62,319 bases of DNA from Actinomycetota bacterium (GTDB lineage Bacteria > Actinomycetota > Acidimicrobiia > Acidimicrobiales > VFJN01): contig JBKPHT010000139.1 of NCBI GenBank assembly GCA_046730015.1, forward strand, positions 1 to 62,319. The letters run 5' to 3'. The notes under the pieces are model-generated. The model had not been told where the DNA came from. It saw nothing but the letters and a program-made list of their open reading frames with translations, and did no database searches. The translations under genes were made by a program, and so were the position numbers. Below, piece by piece: positions 28,113-39,648 of the stretch. Numbering within the stretch: position 1 is the stretch's first letter; the number at the start of each line of letters is the position of its first letter.

Positions 28113-28628
28113 TCAGCCCCGACGCGACCCCGCCTGCCGCTCCAGCGCCCGGACCAGGGCGACCTGGGCGCCGCACAGCACCGCCGGGCCGACCCAGGCC
28201 CAGGCCAGCAGCCCGTGCCCGGCGCCCCGGCCGAGCGTGACCAGCGCCACCGCGGCGGCCACCGCCGCCACCGAGGCGAGGGCGCCCGCGGTCAGGCGGG
28301 AGACCTGGACCGCCCGGACCAGCGCCCGGCGCTCGCCGGCGGCCACGCCCGCGGCGAGGCCGGCCTCGTACCAGCCGACGGCCACCAGCAGCGGCCACAC
28401 GAGGGGCACCGCGAACAGCGTCGCCACCAGCAGGAGCGGACCCAGCACGGCGTCGGGCAGGGCCCCGGCGGCCCGCTGCAGGGCGGGGTTGAGGGCGAAG
28501 GCCAGGAGGACGGGCAGCCAGCCGACGCCGACGACCGCGGCGTGGACCGCGAGCCACCGGGCGGGGCCGCGCAGGCGCCCGCCCGCTCTCGTCCCTCCCG
28601 GTCCCGCCCCGCCGATCGCCAGCATCAC
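28113..28628 (-). CDS. Hypothetical membrane protein
   Basis: Four hydrophobic segments. Confidence 0.55.
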   Translation of the reverse strand: MMLAIGGAGPGGTRAGGRLRGPARWLAVHAAVVGVGWLPVLLAFALNPALQRAAGALPDAVLGPLLLVATLFAVPLVWPLLVAVGWYEAGLAAGVAAGERRALVRAVQVSRLTAGALASVAAVAAAVALVTLGRGAGHGLLAWAWVGPAVLCGAQVALVRALERQAGSRRG

Positions 28629-28698
28629 CCCACCATGCCACGCCCGCCACCCTCACCCGTGTCGCCGGCCCGCCGACGGGTCCGTAGCGTCGGGGGGC

Positions 28699-29950
<1,252 letters not shown>

Positions 29951-30001
29951 TCACGGCGTCCGTTCGACCCGCGACCACCCCGCGCGGTCATGATGGTCAC
30001 C

Positions 30002-30655
30002 ATGGCTCGCCTCTCCCCGGTGCCACCGATCGCCGCGCCCCTGCCCGACGTGCGGACCGAGCGGCTCGACCTGCGCCACTTCGACCGTGGCGACCTCGAC
30101 GAGCTGACGGCCCTGTTCGCCCAGCCTGAGGTGTGGCAGTACCCCTACGGCCGCGGGTTCACGGCCCGAGAGACCGCCGACTTCCTCGACCGCCAGGTCA
30201 GCGGGTGGGAGGTCGCCGGGTTCGGCTGCTGGGTCGCCCGCACCCTCGACGACGGGAGGATCATCGGGTATGTCGGTCTGTCGGTGCCCACGTTCCTGCC
30301 CGAGATCCTCCCGGCCGTCGAGGTCGGGTGGCGCCTCGCCCCCGCGGCCTGGGGCCGCGGCTACGCGACCGAGGGCGCCCGGGCCGCCCTCGACGAGGGG
30401 TTCGGGACGCTCCGCCTGGAGCGGGTGTGCTCGCTCCCCCAGGCCGGCAACCGTGCCTCGGTCGCGGTGGCGGAGCGGCTGGGCCTCACCCTGCAGCGCG
30501 AGGTCGAGGTGCCCGGCACCGACCGCCGGGGGCCGCTCACCGCGCTCCTCTACGAGATCGAGCGGAACGCCTGGCTCGGAGGGGACCTGCACCGCCCACG
30601 GGAGGCATCCTCCCATGCCACGGCCCGACGGGCGAGAAGTCGGTCACGTGACTGA
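30002..30655 (+). CDS. GNAT acetyltransferase (RimJ/RimL-like)
   Basis: TERL.LR, EVGWRL..WGRGYATE, N.AS..VAERLG. Confidence 0.92.
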   Translation: MARLSPVPPIAAPLPDVRTERLDLRHFDRGDLDELTALFAQPEVWQYPYGRGFTARETADFLDRQVSGWEVAGFGCWVARTLDDGRIIGYVGLSVPTFLPEILPAVEVGWRLAPAAWGRGYATEGARAALDEGFGTLRLERVCSLPQAGNRASVAVAERLGLTLQREVEVPGTDRRGPLTALLYEIERNAWLGGDLHRPREASSHATARRARSRSRD

Positions 30656-30689
30656 TGACGGCGACGGCGGCGGGCCGTACCGTCCGACC

Positions 30690-31490
30690 ATGACCCCCGA
30701 CACGATCGTCCTCGTCCACGGCTTCTGGGTGACCCCCCGGAGCTGGGAGCACTGGAAGACCCGCTACGAGGCCCGCGGCTACCGCGTCCTCACCCCCGCC
30801 TACCCGGGGTTCGAGGTGGAGGTGGAGGCCCTGCGGGCCGATCCGTCGGCCGTCGAGGCCCTCACCGTCCCCGCCATCGTCGAGCACCTCGAGGCGGTCG
30901 TCGGCGGGCTCGATGCCCCGCCCATCATCATGGGCCACTCGGCCGGCGGGGCGTTCACCCAGATCCTGCTCGACCACGGCTTCGGCGCCTGCGGCGTCGC
31001 CATCAACTCGGCCCCCACCGAGGGGGTGCTCGTCGCCCCGTGGTCGCAGGTGCGGTCGACGTTCCCGGTGCTGAAGAACCCGGCCAACCGGCACAAGGCC
31101 GTCGGGTTCACCCCCGAGCAGTGGCGCTACGCCTTCACCAACACGTTCACCGAGGAGGAGTCGCTGGCCCTCTACGAGCGCTACCACATCCCCGCCTCGG
31201 GCAGGATCCTGTGGGGCAGCGTCCTGGCCAACGTCCAGCCCGGCCACCAGGAGACCTGGGTCGACTACCACAACGACAAGCGGGCGCCGCTGCTGTTCAT
31301 GGCCGGCTCGGAGGACCACCTCATGCCGCCGAAGGTCCAGCGGTCGAACGCCAAGCACTACAAGTCGGACACGCTGACCGAGGTCAAGGAGTACGAGGGC
31401 ATGGCCCACCTGATGCCTGCCCAGGCCGGGTGGGAGCAGGTGGCCGACGACGCCCTCGCGTGGGCCGCCGAGCACGCCCGCACGGCATGA
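30690..31490 (+). CDS. Alpha/beta hydrolase
   Basis: VLVHGFW, GHSAGG, catalytic Asp and His regions. Confidence 0.92.
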   Translation: MTPDTIVLVHGFWVTPRSWEHWKTRYEARGYRVLTPAYPGFEVEVEALRADPSAVEALTVPAIVEHLEAVVGGLDAPPIIMGHSAGGAFTQILLDHGFGACGVAINSAPTEGVLVAPWSQVRSTFPVLKNPANRHKAVGFTPEQWRYAFTNTFTEEESLALYERYHIPASGRILWGSVLANVQPGHQETWVDYHNDKRAPLLFMAGSEDHLMPPKVQRSNAKHYKSDTLTEVKEYEGMAHLMPAQAGWEQVADDALAWAAEHARTA

Positions 31491-32308
31491 CCGAGGTCCG
31501 CCTGACCCACGTCGGCGGGCCGACCGTGCTCGTCGAGGTGGATGGCTGGCGGCTGCTCACCGACCCGACCTTCGACCCGCCGGGTCGGCGCTACCGCTTC
31601 GGCTGGGGCGCCGCGTCCCGCAAGGTCGCCGGGCCCGCGCTGGCCGCCGCCGACGTCGGCCCGGTCGACGCGGTGCTGCTCACCCACGACCACCACGCCG
31701 ACAACCTCGACGACGCCGGGCGGCGGCTGCTGGCCTCCGCGTCGGTGGTGGTGACCACGGTGCCCGGCGCCCGGCGGCTGGCGGACGGTGCCGGCGGCCG
31801 CGCGCCCCGCACGAGCGGGCTGCAGGGCCTGGCGCCGTGGGCCACGACCCGCCTGTCGACCCACGGGCGGCCGACGATCGAGGTCACGGCCACGCCCTGC
31901 CGCCACGGACCCGCCGGGAGCCGGCCGATCGTGGGCGAGGTCGTGGGGTTCGCGCTGCGGTGGGACGGCCAGGCCCACGGGGCCCTGTGGGTGTCGGGCG
32001 ACACGGTGCTGTACCACGGCGTCCTCGGGGTCGCCGACCGGGTGGACGTCGGCACCGTGCTGCTCCACCTGGGCGGCGTCCGGTTCCCGGTGACCGGCCC
32101 CGTCCATTACACGATGCGGGCCCGGGACGGCATCGAGCTGTGCGCACGGCTGGCGCCCCGGACGGTGGTCCCGGTCCACTACGAGGGTTGGTCGCACTTC
32201 CGGGAGGGCCGGGACGGCATCGAGCGAGAGCTGGCCCGGGCGCCGGCCGCCGTGCGGCGGAGCGTCCGCTGGGCGACGCCGGGCCAGCCGCTCGAGGTCG
32301 AGGTCTGA
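31487..32308 (+). CDS. MBL-fold metallo-hydrolase
   Basis: LTDPTF, THDHHADNLD, SGDT, PVHYEGW. Confidence 0.92.
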   Translation: MTEVRLTHVGGPTVLVEVDGWRLLTDPTFDPPGRRYRFGWGAASRKVAGPALAAADVGPVDAVLLTHDHHADNLDDAGRRLLASASVVVTTVPGARRLADGAGGRAPRTSGLQGLAPWATTRLSTHGRPTIEVTATPCRHGPAGSRPIVGEVVGFALRWDGQAHGALWVSGDTVLYHGVLGVADRVDVGTVLLHLGGVRFPVTGPVHYTMRARDGIELCARLAPRTVVPVHYEGWSHFREGRDGIERELARAPAAVRRSVRWATPGQPLEVEV

Positions 32309-32390
32309 GCCGGGGGATGCTGGCGTCGAGCCCGGACGGCACGAGCGCGGTCCGCCGGCAGTTTCAGGCACGGGGTACGCTCGCCGGGCG

Positions 32391-33236
32391 ATGCGCCCCG
32401 CCGTGGTCGTCCTTGCCGCCGTCGCGGTCACCGCCCTGCTCGTGCTCACGGTGCCCGACGACCGCGGGACGACCCCCGACCGGATGGAACGCGAGGCCGC
32501 CGAGCCGGCGGAGGTGCGGGCGACGCTGCGGCGGTCGTCGCTGTTCGAGCCGATCCGCGCGCTCGCCCTCGACCTGTCGTCCGGCGGCGGCGTCGCCGTC
32601 GACGCGGTGCGGCTCGACTCGCCCCTGTTCGCGCCGTTGCCGGCCGAGGCCCGCGGGACCGCCCTGCGGCTGGACGAGGCGCCGGTCACGGTCCCGATCC
32701 CGTTCGGACCGGCGGTGTGCGACGACCCCGTCGACCGGCCCACCGAGGTCGTCGCCAGGGCGGGCCGCCGGGAGGTGCGGGTCGCGGTCGAGGAGGAGCC
32801 CGCCGGGACCCTCGCGTCGATCCACGACCGGGAGTGCGCGGTCGCCGCGGTCAGCGATGCCGTCGAGCTGCGGCTGCGAGACGGCTGGGCCCGGACCGCC
32901 GACCGGACCGCGGCGGGCCCGTTCGAGGTCGTGCGGCGGCACGCCGGCGCCGAGGCGACGGTCGAGGAGGTCCGGGGCAACGTCATCTTCACCGTCGACC
33001 CCCCGCCGGCGGACGGCCCGCTGGCCGCGGTGGACGACAGCCGGCCGGCCGCCGCCCCGACGATCACGGTCAGCGCATCGCGCTGCGACCCGCACGCCCT
33101 GATCGAGTACAAGCGGACGTTCATCTTCGCCGCCTGGGTCGCGCTCGGCGACGGCGCGGCGGTGCGGGTCGACGTCGTGGCCGAGGGGTCGGCGCTGGCG
33201 GCGCTGACCGAGGTCCGGGAGGCGTGCCTGGGCTGA
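32391..33236 (+). CDS. Secreted or membrane-anchored hypothetical protein
   Basis: N-terminal hydrophobic helix; RCDPHAL.E.K motif. Confidence 0.75.
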   Translation: MRPAVVVLAAVAVTALLVLTVPDDRGTTPDRMEREAAEPAEVRATLRRSSLFEPIRALALDLSSGGGVAVDAVRLDSPLFAPLPAEARGTALRLDEAPVTVPIPFGPAVCDDPVDRPTEVVARAGRREVRVAVEEEPAGTLASIHDRECAVAAVSDAVELRLRDGWARTADRTAAGPFEVVRRHAGAEATVEEVRGNVIFTVDPPPADGPLAAVDDSRPAAAPTITVSASRCDPHALIEYKRTFIFAAWVALGDGAAVRVDVVAEGSALAALTEVREACLG

Positions 33237-33291
33237 GCCCGGGCGCCTACGTCACATTGACGACATTCCGGCTCATCTCGGGCGCCGACCC

Positions 33292-33900
33292 TCACCGCCC
33301 GGTCCGGGTGTGGACCCGCTCGCCCTGGGCCCCGAAGATGGCGAGCAGCTCCACCGGCCCGGCGACCGCGCCGAACCAGTGGGGGGTCCAGGTCGAGAAC
33401 TCGACCGCCTCCCCCGGCTCGATCGCCAGGTCGTCGTCCCCGAGCACCAGCCGCAGCCGCCCGGAGAGGACGTAGAGCCAGTCGTATCCCTCGTGGACGG
33501 GGAGGGTGGCGGGCGGGGCGCGCCGCTCCGGGCTGACGTCCACCTTGTAGGCCCGGAGGCCGGTCGACCCGTGCCGACTGAGCGGCCACATCGTGAGGCC
33601 CTCGCGACTGCGGGGCCGGCCCCGGACTCGGGGGTCGGCCGAGGGCGGCGGGCCGAGCAGCACGTCGGTGCTGACGCCGAGGGCGGCCGCGAGGCCCGGG
33701 AGGTGGTCGAGGGCGAGACGCCGCTTCCCGCTCTCCAGGCGGCTGAGCGTCGAGACGTCGATGCTCGCCCGCTCGGCCACCTGCTGGAGCGTCAGCCCCT
33801 GCTCGGTCCGAAGCTGCCGGAGTCGCCGGCGGACGCGGGCGTCGATCCCGTCGGCGGGCGGGCCCGCCGGGTTTGCCTGCATGGCAAGACAGGTTGGCAT
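33292..33900 (-). CDS. XRE-family regulator with a cupin domain
   Basis: LRQLRTEQGLTLQQVA..STLSRLESGKR; HEG.DW.YVLSG; start may be 33882. Confidence 0.93.
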   Translation of the reverse strand: MPTCLAMQANPAGPPADGIDARVRRRLRQLRTEQGLTLQQVAERASIDVSTLSRLESGKRRLALDHLPGLAAALGVSTDVLLGPPPSADPRVRGRPRSREGLTMWPLSRHGSTGLRAYKVDVSPERRAPPATLPVHEGYDWLYVLSGRLRLVLGDDDLAIEPGEAVEFSTWTPHWFGAVAGPVELLAIFGAQGERVHTRTGR

Positions 33901-33928
33901 CCGTTGCTGCCGCCGTCACGCTCGGGCC

Positions 33929-34849
33929 ATGGACGAACCGTGGGACTGCATCGTCGTCGGCGCCGGCGCCGCGGGGCTCAGCGCGGCGCTCGTGCTCGGG
34001 CGCGCCCGCCGGCGGACGCTCGTCGTCGACGCCGGCCACCAGAGCAACCTCCCCGCCCAGGGCATCGGCGGCCTGCTGGGCAACGACGGCCGCCCGCCGG
34101 CCGACTTCTACGCCACCGGGCGCGCCGAAATCGCCCGCTACCCGACCGTCGAGCTGCGCGCCGGCGACGTGGTCGGCGGGGGGCGGGGCGACGGGGGCTT
34201 CGTGCTCGACCTGGCCGACGGCTCCCGCGTGGCGGGCCGGCGGGTGCTGCTCGCCACCGGGATGGACTACCGCGCCCCGGACGTGCCCGGCATCGCCGAG
34301 CGGTGGGGCCGGTCGGTGTTCCACTGCCCGTTCTGCCACGGCTGGGAGGTGCGCGACCGGCCGCTGGGCGTGCTCGACCGGGGTGCCTCCGCCGTCCACC
34401 GCGCCGTCCTGCTGCGGATGTGGTCGGACGACGTCACCCTGTTCACCGACGGGCAGGCGGGGCTCGACGCGGCGGAGGCCGAGCAGCTACGGGCGGCGGG
34501 GGTCACGGTGGAGGAGCGCCCGGTCACCGGGCTCCGCGGCCCGGACGGCACGCTGACCGCCGTCGCGTTCGCCGACGGCGGCGAGCGCCCGTGCGGCGGG
34601 CTGCTGGTGGCGGCGGTCCTTCACCAGCGGTCGGACCTGGCCGCCCAGCTCGGCGCGGCGGCGGCCGAGCCGGGCCCGGTCGCCGCGGACGCGGTGGTCG
34701 TCGACCCGATGCAGCTGACCGAGGTGCCCGGCCTCGCCGCCGCTGGCGACCTGAGCGGGTCGTTGCCCTCGGTCGCCAACGCGGTCGCCGCCGGCGCCAA
34801 CGCCGCGGCCGCGATCGTCCGCGACCTGGCGGCCGCGGCGATGTGGTGA
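33929..34849 (+). CDS. NAD(P)/FAD-dependent oxidoreductase (thioredoxin reductase-like)
   Basis: VGAGAAG, HCPFC, AAGD motifs. Confidence 0.93.
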   Translation: MDEPWDCIVVGAGAAGLSAALVLGRARRRTLVVDAGHQSNLPAQGIGGLLGNDGRPPADFYATGRAEIARYPTVELRAGDVVGGGRGDGGFVLDLADGSRVAGRRVLLATGMDYRAPDVPGIAERWGRSVFHCPFCHGWEVRDRPLGVLDRGASAVHRAVLLRMWSDDVTLFTDGQAGLDAAEAEQLRAAGVTVEERPVTGLRGPDGTLTAVAFADGGERPCGGLLVAAVLHQRSDLAAQLGAAAAEPGPVAADAVVVDPMQLTEVPGLAAAGDLSGSLPSVANAVAAGANAAAAIVRDLAAAAMW

Positions 34850-34931
34850 CCCCCGCGATGAGTTCGCGCCGCGCCGCGTCTCTGAACGGGTATGGACGCG
34901 CCAAGGCGGTGCGGCCGGAAAGGACTCGGAG

Positions 34932-35525
34932 ATGCGCAAGCTGATCGTCTGCAACATCGTCTCGCTGGACGGCTACTACGAGGGACCGGGCGGTGACGTC
35001 ATGGCTCTGCCCTTCGACAACGGGTTCAACGAGTACAACGCCGAACGGCTGCGGGCCGCCGACACGCTGCTCCTCGGCCGCCGGTCGTTCGAGGGCTTCG
35101 CCGGTTACTGGCCGCCGGTCGCCGACGATCCCGACGCCCAGCCCGTGGAGCGGGAGATCTCCCGGCTCAACACCGCCATCGAGAAGGTCGTCGTGTCGGA
35201 CACCCTGACCCCGGACCGGGCGGCCGCCTGGGCGAACTCGCGCATCGTCCGCCGGGCCGACGCCCACGACGAGATCCGGGCGCTCAAGAATGGCCCGGGG
35301 CGCGACATCCTGATGTTCGGCAGCCACGTCCTCTGGAACGACCTGCTCGACCACGGCCTGGTCGACGAGCTGCACCTCATGATCGGCGCGGGCGTGCTGG
35401 GCAAGGGCACCCCGGCCTTCGAGCGGCGCCCGCCGGGGACGCTCCGCCTGCTCGGCACCCGGACCTGGGACGACTCCGGGCTCGTGCTCGCCCGCTACGC
35501 CGTGGAGCTGCCCGCCGGGAGTTGA
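34932..35525 (+). CDS. Dihydrofolate reductase/RibD C-terminal family protein
   Basis: SLDGYY, LLGRRSF, GLVDELHL...LG.G. Confidence 0.92.
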   Translation: MRKLIVCNIVSLDGYYEGPGGDVMALPFDNGFNEYNAERLRAADTLLLGRRSFEGFAGYWPPVADDPDAQPVEREISRLNTAIEKVVVSDTLTPDRAAAWANSRIVRRADAHDEIRALKNGPGRDILMFGSHVLWNDLLDHGLVDELHLMIGAGVLGKGTPAFERRPPGTLRLLGTRTWDDSGLVLARYAVELPAGS

Positions 35526-35788
35526 CGCCTTCGGCGTGGCTGCCGAGCGCCTCGTCGTGACCACCGGCCCCGCCGACCGTAGCGCCCTGGCCTCGGGCCG
35601 GCGCTGGGGTCAGCCCGGTCGCGGCATGCGACGGCGGCCCAGACGGCGTTCCAGTGCAAGGCAGTCGGCGACGACCATACGCCGGATGTGACGGCGACGC
35701 GCCCCGATGACGTCGTCGCCCCTATCGCCGTCGAACGGCCTGCTGCCTCCGGTCAACCGGGCGCGGCGCGTCGAGCGGGGCCGGGACG

Positions 35789-37801
35789 TCATCCGTCACC
35801 GACCGCTGCGACGGGACGCGTGGCCTCGGTCGGGCGCGCCGTCAGGCTGCGAGGCCGAGAGCGGCCCTGGCGATCGCCGGTGGCCCTCGTGTCCGCCGCG
35901 AGGAGGCTGGGAGGCAGGCTGACGGTGGCGGTGGTCCCGTGGTCGCGTGACTGGAGCGTGACGGTGATGCCATGGCGGGCGGCGAGCGTGCCGGCGACGT
36001 AGTGGCCCAGGTACTTGGACGGGGCGATCGTGAACTCCTCCGCGCCGGCCAGCCGCCGGTTGGCCCGGTCCAGCTCGCCCTGGGGCATGCCGAGCCCTTG
36101 ATCGATCACGACCAGCGTGTAGCCGGTCCGTTGAGGCCCACCGCGGATCTCGACGAGCTCGTCGGGCGGCGAGAACTCCAGGGCGTTCTCGATGAGCTCG
36201 GCGAGCAGGTGCGCGAGGTCGGCGGCGGCCGAGCCCGAGATCATGGCAGGCTCCATGGCGCGCACGACGACGCGCTGGTAGTCCTCGACCTCGCCGAGCG
36301 CAGCTCGAATGGCCTCGGTGACCTGCACGGGGGCCGACCAGGTCCGGGGCTGGTCGATGCCGGCCAGCACGAGCAGGCTCTCGGCGTTGCGCCGCATCCG
36401 GGTGGCCAGGTGGTCGAGTCGGAACAGGTCGGCGAGCGGATCGGGCTCGGTCTCGCGGTGCTCCAGCTCGGTGATGAAGTCGAGCTGCCGACCGAGCAGC
36501 GCCTGGTTGCGCCGGCCCAGGTTCACAAAGCTGTCCGCGATGTTCCGACGCAGAACGGCCTGTTCGATCGCGAGGTCCAGGGCGGAGTCCTGCACGGTTG
36601 TGAGGGCGTCCGCGACGTCGGCGACCTCGTCGCGGCTCTTCACCGCGACCCCCTCCACGTTGGGGAGCGTGACGTCGTCGCCGAGGGGCGTGTTCAGGAT
36701 CTGGCTCACCGCCTCCGGCAGGCGGTGACCGGCCACGTCGGTGGCCTGGCGGGTGAGGGCCCGCAGCGGGCGGGTGATCGATCGCGACACGATCACGGTG
36801 ACCACCGCAGCGAGAAGGATCGCCAACCCTGCGAACCCCAGGTAGACGCGCTCTCTTCTCTCGGCAGCCGCAGTGAACGCCGCAGCCTTGCGCGTGATCT
36901 CGTCGGACACCTCGTTCCGGAACACGATGTACCCGAACTTCGCGATGTCGTCGCCCGTGACGGTGCGCAGCACCTCGGGGACGGAGACCGTTCCGGTCTG
37001 CAGGGCCGCGTCGACGACCTTCGGGAACTGCTCAACGGGCTCGTTGGCGAAGAGGTCGTCGACGAGCGGTCGGTAGCTGCCGATCGCATTGACGGCGATG
37101 GCCTGCTCGTTGGCCGCCAGCTCGCCTCGCAGCGCGGCGATGCCGGCGATCTCGGGAGGCGTGTTGAGGCCGTCGGCGTCGCCGCCCGCCCCCGCGACCA
37201 CGAGGTCCTTGACGAGCTTGGCGAGCACGTCGGACTGGCGGGCGGTCACGTCGATCAGCTCGGCCCCCCGACGGAGCTCGGGATTGTCGATGGCCAGGGC
37301 CACCCACGTGTTGGCGTCGAACAGGCCATCGAGCAGAGACGTGTAGCGGTTGAATATCTCCGTGGTGAAGTCCACGTTCTTTAGATCGCGGGTGCCGGGG
37401 AAGTCGTCGACGTCGTTGCGCAGCGGGCCGAGCGCGTCGAGCCCGTCGAGCGCCGGGCCGTAGGCCTGCTCGACCGTGCCGCCGCGCCGCTCGATCTGTG
37501 ACTTGAACTCGGTGGCGGCGTCATCGGTGTTGCGTCGGGCCACGCCGTTGTCCTCGACCTGGAGCTCGATCATGTCGACGGCGCCGAGCAGCGAGATCAT
37601 GGCGATGTTGCGCTCGTTCTGGATCTGTCGCAGCAAGCTGGTCGGCCCGATGGACGATCTGGACAGCTCGCTCTGCGCGCGAACCTCGCGCGACTCGCGC
37701 GAGATCAGGAGGGCTTCGAGCGCGGCGACGACTACCAGCGCAGCAAGAGGCACGGCGAGTGCCACGGCGAGCTTGGCTCGAATCGGGAACCGTCGAACCA
37801 T
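35789..37801 (-). CDS. NIT-HAMP-HATPase sensor kinase (CvnA-like)
   Basis: Two TM helices; QNER NIT segment; F.NLGRRNQ..RQL, LDHLATRMRRNAE, ELIENA, DQGLG. Confidence 0.9.
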   Translation of the reverse strand: MVRRFPIRAKLAVALAVPLAALVVVAALEALLISRESREVRAQSELSRSSIGPTSLLRQIQNERNIAMISLLGAVDMIELQVEDNGVARRNTDDAATEFKSQIERRGGTVEQAYGPALDGLDALGPLRNDVDDFPGTRDLKNVDFTTEIFNRYTSLLDGLFDANTWVALAIDNPELRRGAELIDVTARQSDVLAKLVKDLVVAGAGGDADGLNTPPEIAGIAALRGELAANEQAIAVNAIGSYRPLVDDLFANEPVEQFPKVVDAALQTGTVSVPEVLRTVTGDDIAKFGYIVFRNEVSDEITRKAAAFTAAAERRERVYLGFAGLAILLAAVVTVIVSRSITRPLRALTRQATDVAGHRLPEAVSQILNTPLGDDVTLPNVEGVAVKSRDEVADVADALTTVQDSALDLAIEQAVLRRNIADSFVNLGRRNQALLGRQLDFITELEHRETEPDPLADLFRLDHLATRMRRNAESLLVLAGIDQPRTWSAPVQVTEAIRAALGEVEDYQRVVVRAMEPAMISGSAAADLAHLLAELIENALEFSPPDELVEIRGGPQRTGYTLVVIDQGLGMPQGELDRANRRLAGAEEFTIAPSKYLGHYVAGTLAARHGITVTLQSRDHGTTATVSLPPSLLAADTRATGDRQGRSRPRSLTARPTEATRPVAAVGDG

Positions 37802-38175
37802 GGGACTTCCTTGCGAGATGCGGACGTCGAGGACTGGCCCACACTGCGTGTGACAGGCGTCATGTGCCAGATGCAGGTGGGTGTCGCCATCCGGAGAGGG
37901 TCGACCATGCGAACGAACGCTCGTCGGTCCAGTGGCTGCCCTGGTTTCGTGGCCGCGCGCCGGAGCTCGCGCTCCAACATCCCGTCCGCAACAGAGTTCG
38001 CGATGTCAGCGTTGGCGGCCGTCGTGGGCCTGCTCGCCGTCCACCTCGTCGAGGCGTCCCTTCGCGACGCCGGTCATCGTGGAGGGAGCGCAGCTACGGG
38101 GGTCGTGTTCGTAGCTTGGTGGTGGCCCGTCAAATTGTGCTTGAACCACCGATTGCTGGGTCGCAGCCCAAGGAG

Positions 38176-38262
38176 TGGTGGGCGAGGGGGGACTTGAACC
38201 CCCACGACCTTGCGGCCACTGGCACCTGAAGCCAGCGCGTCTGCCAATTCCGCCACTCGCCC
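38176..38262 (-). tRNA. tRNA-Leu(CAG)
   Basis: Acceptor gggcgag/ctcgccc, anticodon arm ctggc-tt-CAG-gt-gccag, long variable arm, GTTCAAGT T-loop, encoded CCA. Confidence 0.97.
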
Positions 38263-38468
38263 GAGCGACAAGGAGACAACGATAGCGCGGGCCCCGCGGC
38301 GCTCCATCATCGATCCCGGGCGCCTGTCGACGCCCCGGGCAGGCGGTGCCCGCCACCGCGACGCCGTGACCGCCGCGCTGGCGGGGGTCACGTTTGGCGG
38401 CCGTGAGCCGACGCCCGGCCGCACCGTCGACGGTTGAACCACCGGGAGCGCAGGTACTCTGTCGTGTC

Positions 38469-39128
38469 GTGGCCATCCGTGGATTCGAACGGCGCTTGGA
38501 ACGCATGGTGGAGGGCGCCTTCGCGCGCGCCTTCCGGTCCAGCATCCGGCCGGTCGAACTGGCCCGCCGCCTGGCCCGGGAGATGGACGACCACGTGTCG
38601 ATCGGCGTCCGGGGCACGCCGGTGGCCGCCAACCACTTCACCGTCTACCTGTCCCCGGGCGACTACCAGGAGTTCGGCGAGGTCAGCGACGCCCTCCGGC
38701 GCGAGCTGTGCGACGCCGCCCGGGCCCACGCCCGCGACGAGGGCTACGGGTTCATGGGCCCCGTGCAGGTCGAGTTGGTGGTGGACGACAACTTCGGCAC
38801 GGGGTGGTTCGAGGTCGAGGCCCGGTTCCGGGAAGGGCCCGGCGGCGCCGGCGCCGGCAGCCTGGTGCTGCCCACCGGCGAGCGGTTCACCCTGGCCGAG
38901 CACGTCATCACCATCGGCCGCCGGCCCGAGTCGAACATCGTGCTGGCCGACCCCAACGTCAGCCGCAACCACGCCGAGATCCGCCCCCAGGGCGACGGCT
39001 TCGTGCTCATCGACCTGGGGTCGACCAACGGCTCGAAGGTGAACGGCGTCCGGGTCGACCAGCGGATGCTCACCGACGGCGACGACCTGACCTTCGGCAG
39101 CACCCGCATGCGGTTCGAGGCGAGTTGA
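38469..39128 (+). CDS. fhaA: DUF3662 plus FHA domain protein
   Basis: FERRLE..VEGAFA; FHA IGR, VSR.HA, DLGSTNG. Confidence 0.93.
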   Translation: MAIRGFERRLERMVEGAFARAFRSSIRPVELARRLAREMDDHVSIGVRGTPVAANHFTVYLSPGDYQEFGEVSDALRRELCDAARAHARDEGYGFMGPVQVELVVDDNFGTGWFEVEARFREGPGGAGAGSLVLPTGERFTLAEHVITIGRRPESNIVLADPNVSRNHAEIRPQGDGFVLIDLGSTNGSKVNGVRVDQRMLTDGDDLTFGSTRMRFEAS

Positions 39129-39174
39129 CGCCCCGGTCGGGCGGGGCGCCCCGCTGCCGATAGTCTCCGGCTCG

Positions 39175-39648
39175 GTGCCCGAGCAGCTGCTCAACCTTCT
39201 CAAGCTCTTCCTGCTGGTACTCCTGTACCTCTTCTTCCTGCGCGTCCTGCGCGCCGTCTGGACGGAGGTCAACACCCCGCGCCTGGCCGACGGGGTCGTC
39301 CCCGCACCGGCGGGCAAGCAGAAGGGGCGGAGCCGGCGACAGTCCCGCCCCGTCCGGTCGAACCACCCCCACCTCAAGGTGCTCGAGCCCGCGGGCCTCC
39401 GGGGCCGCAGCTACCCGCTGGACGAGGAGATCACCCTCGGGCGGGCCGCGGGCTGCCAGGTGCCGCTGGACGACGCCTATGCCAGCCAGGTCCACGCCCG
39501 CGTGTTCCAGCGGGACGGCAACTGGTTCGTCGAGGACCTGGGGTCGACCAACGGCACCTACCTGAACCGCCGGCGGGTCGCCGGCCCGATGGTGATCAAG
39601 CGCCGCGACCGCCTACAGATCGGCAACACCGTGCTGGAGCTGCAGTGA
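39175..39648 (+). CDS. fhaB: Membrane-anchored FHA domain protein
   Basis: N-terminal TM; LGR, AS..HAR, EDLGSTNGT. Confidence 0.92.
   Translation: MPEQLLNLLKLFLLVLLYLFFLRVLRAVWTEVNTPRLADGVVPAPAGKQKGRSRRQSRPVRSNHPHLKVLEPAGLRGRSYPLDEEITLGRAAGCQVPLDDAYASQVHARVFQRDGNWFVEDLGSTNGTYLNRRRVAGPMVIKRRDRLQIGNTVLELQ

Noticed and set aside
35530-38175. Genomic island integrated at the tRNA-Leu 3' end
   Set aside because: No duplicated tRNA 3' end and no integrase found in the window.
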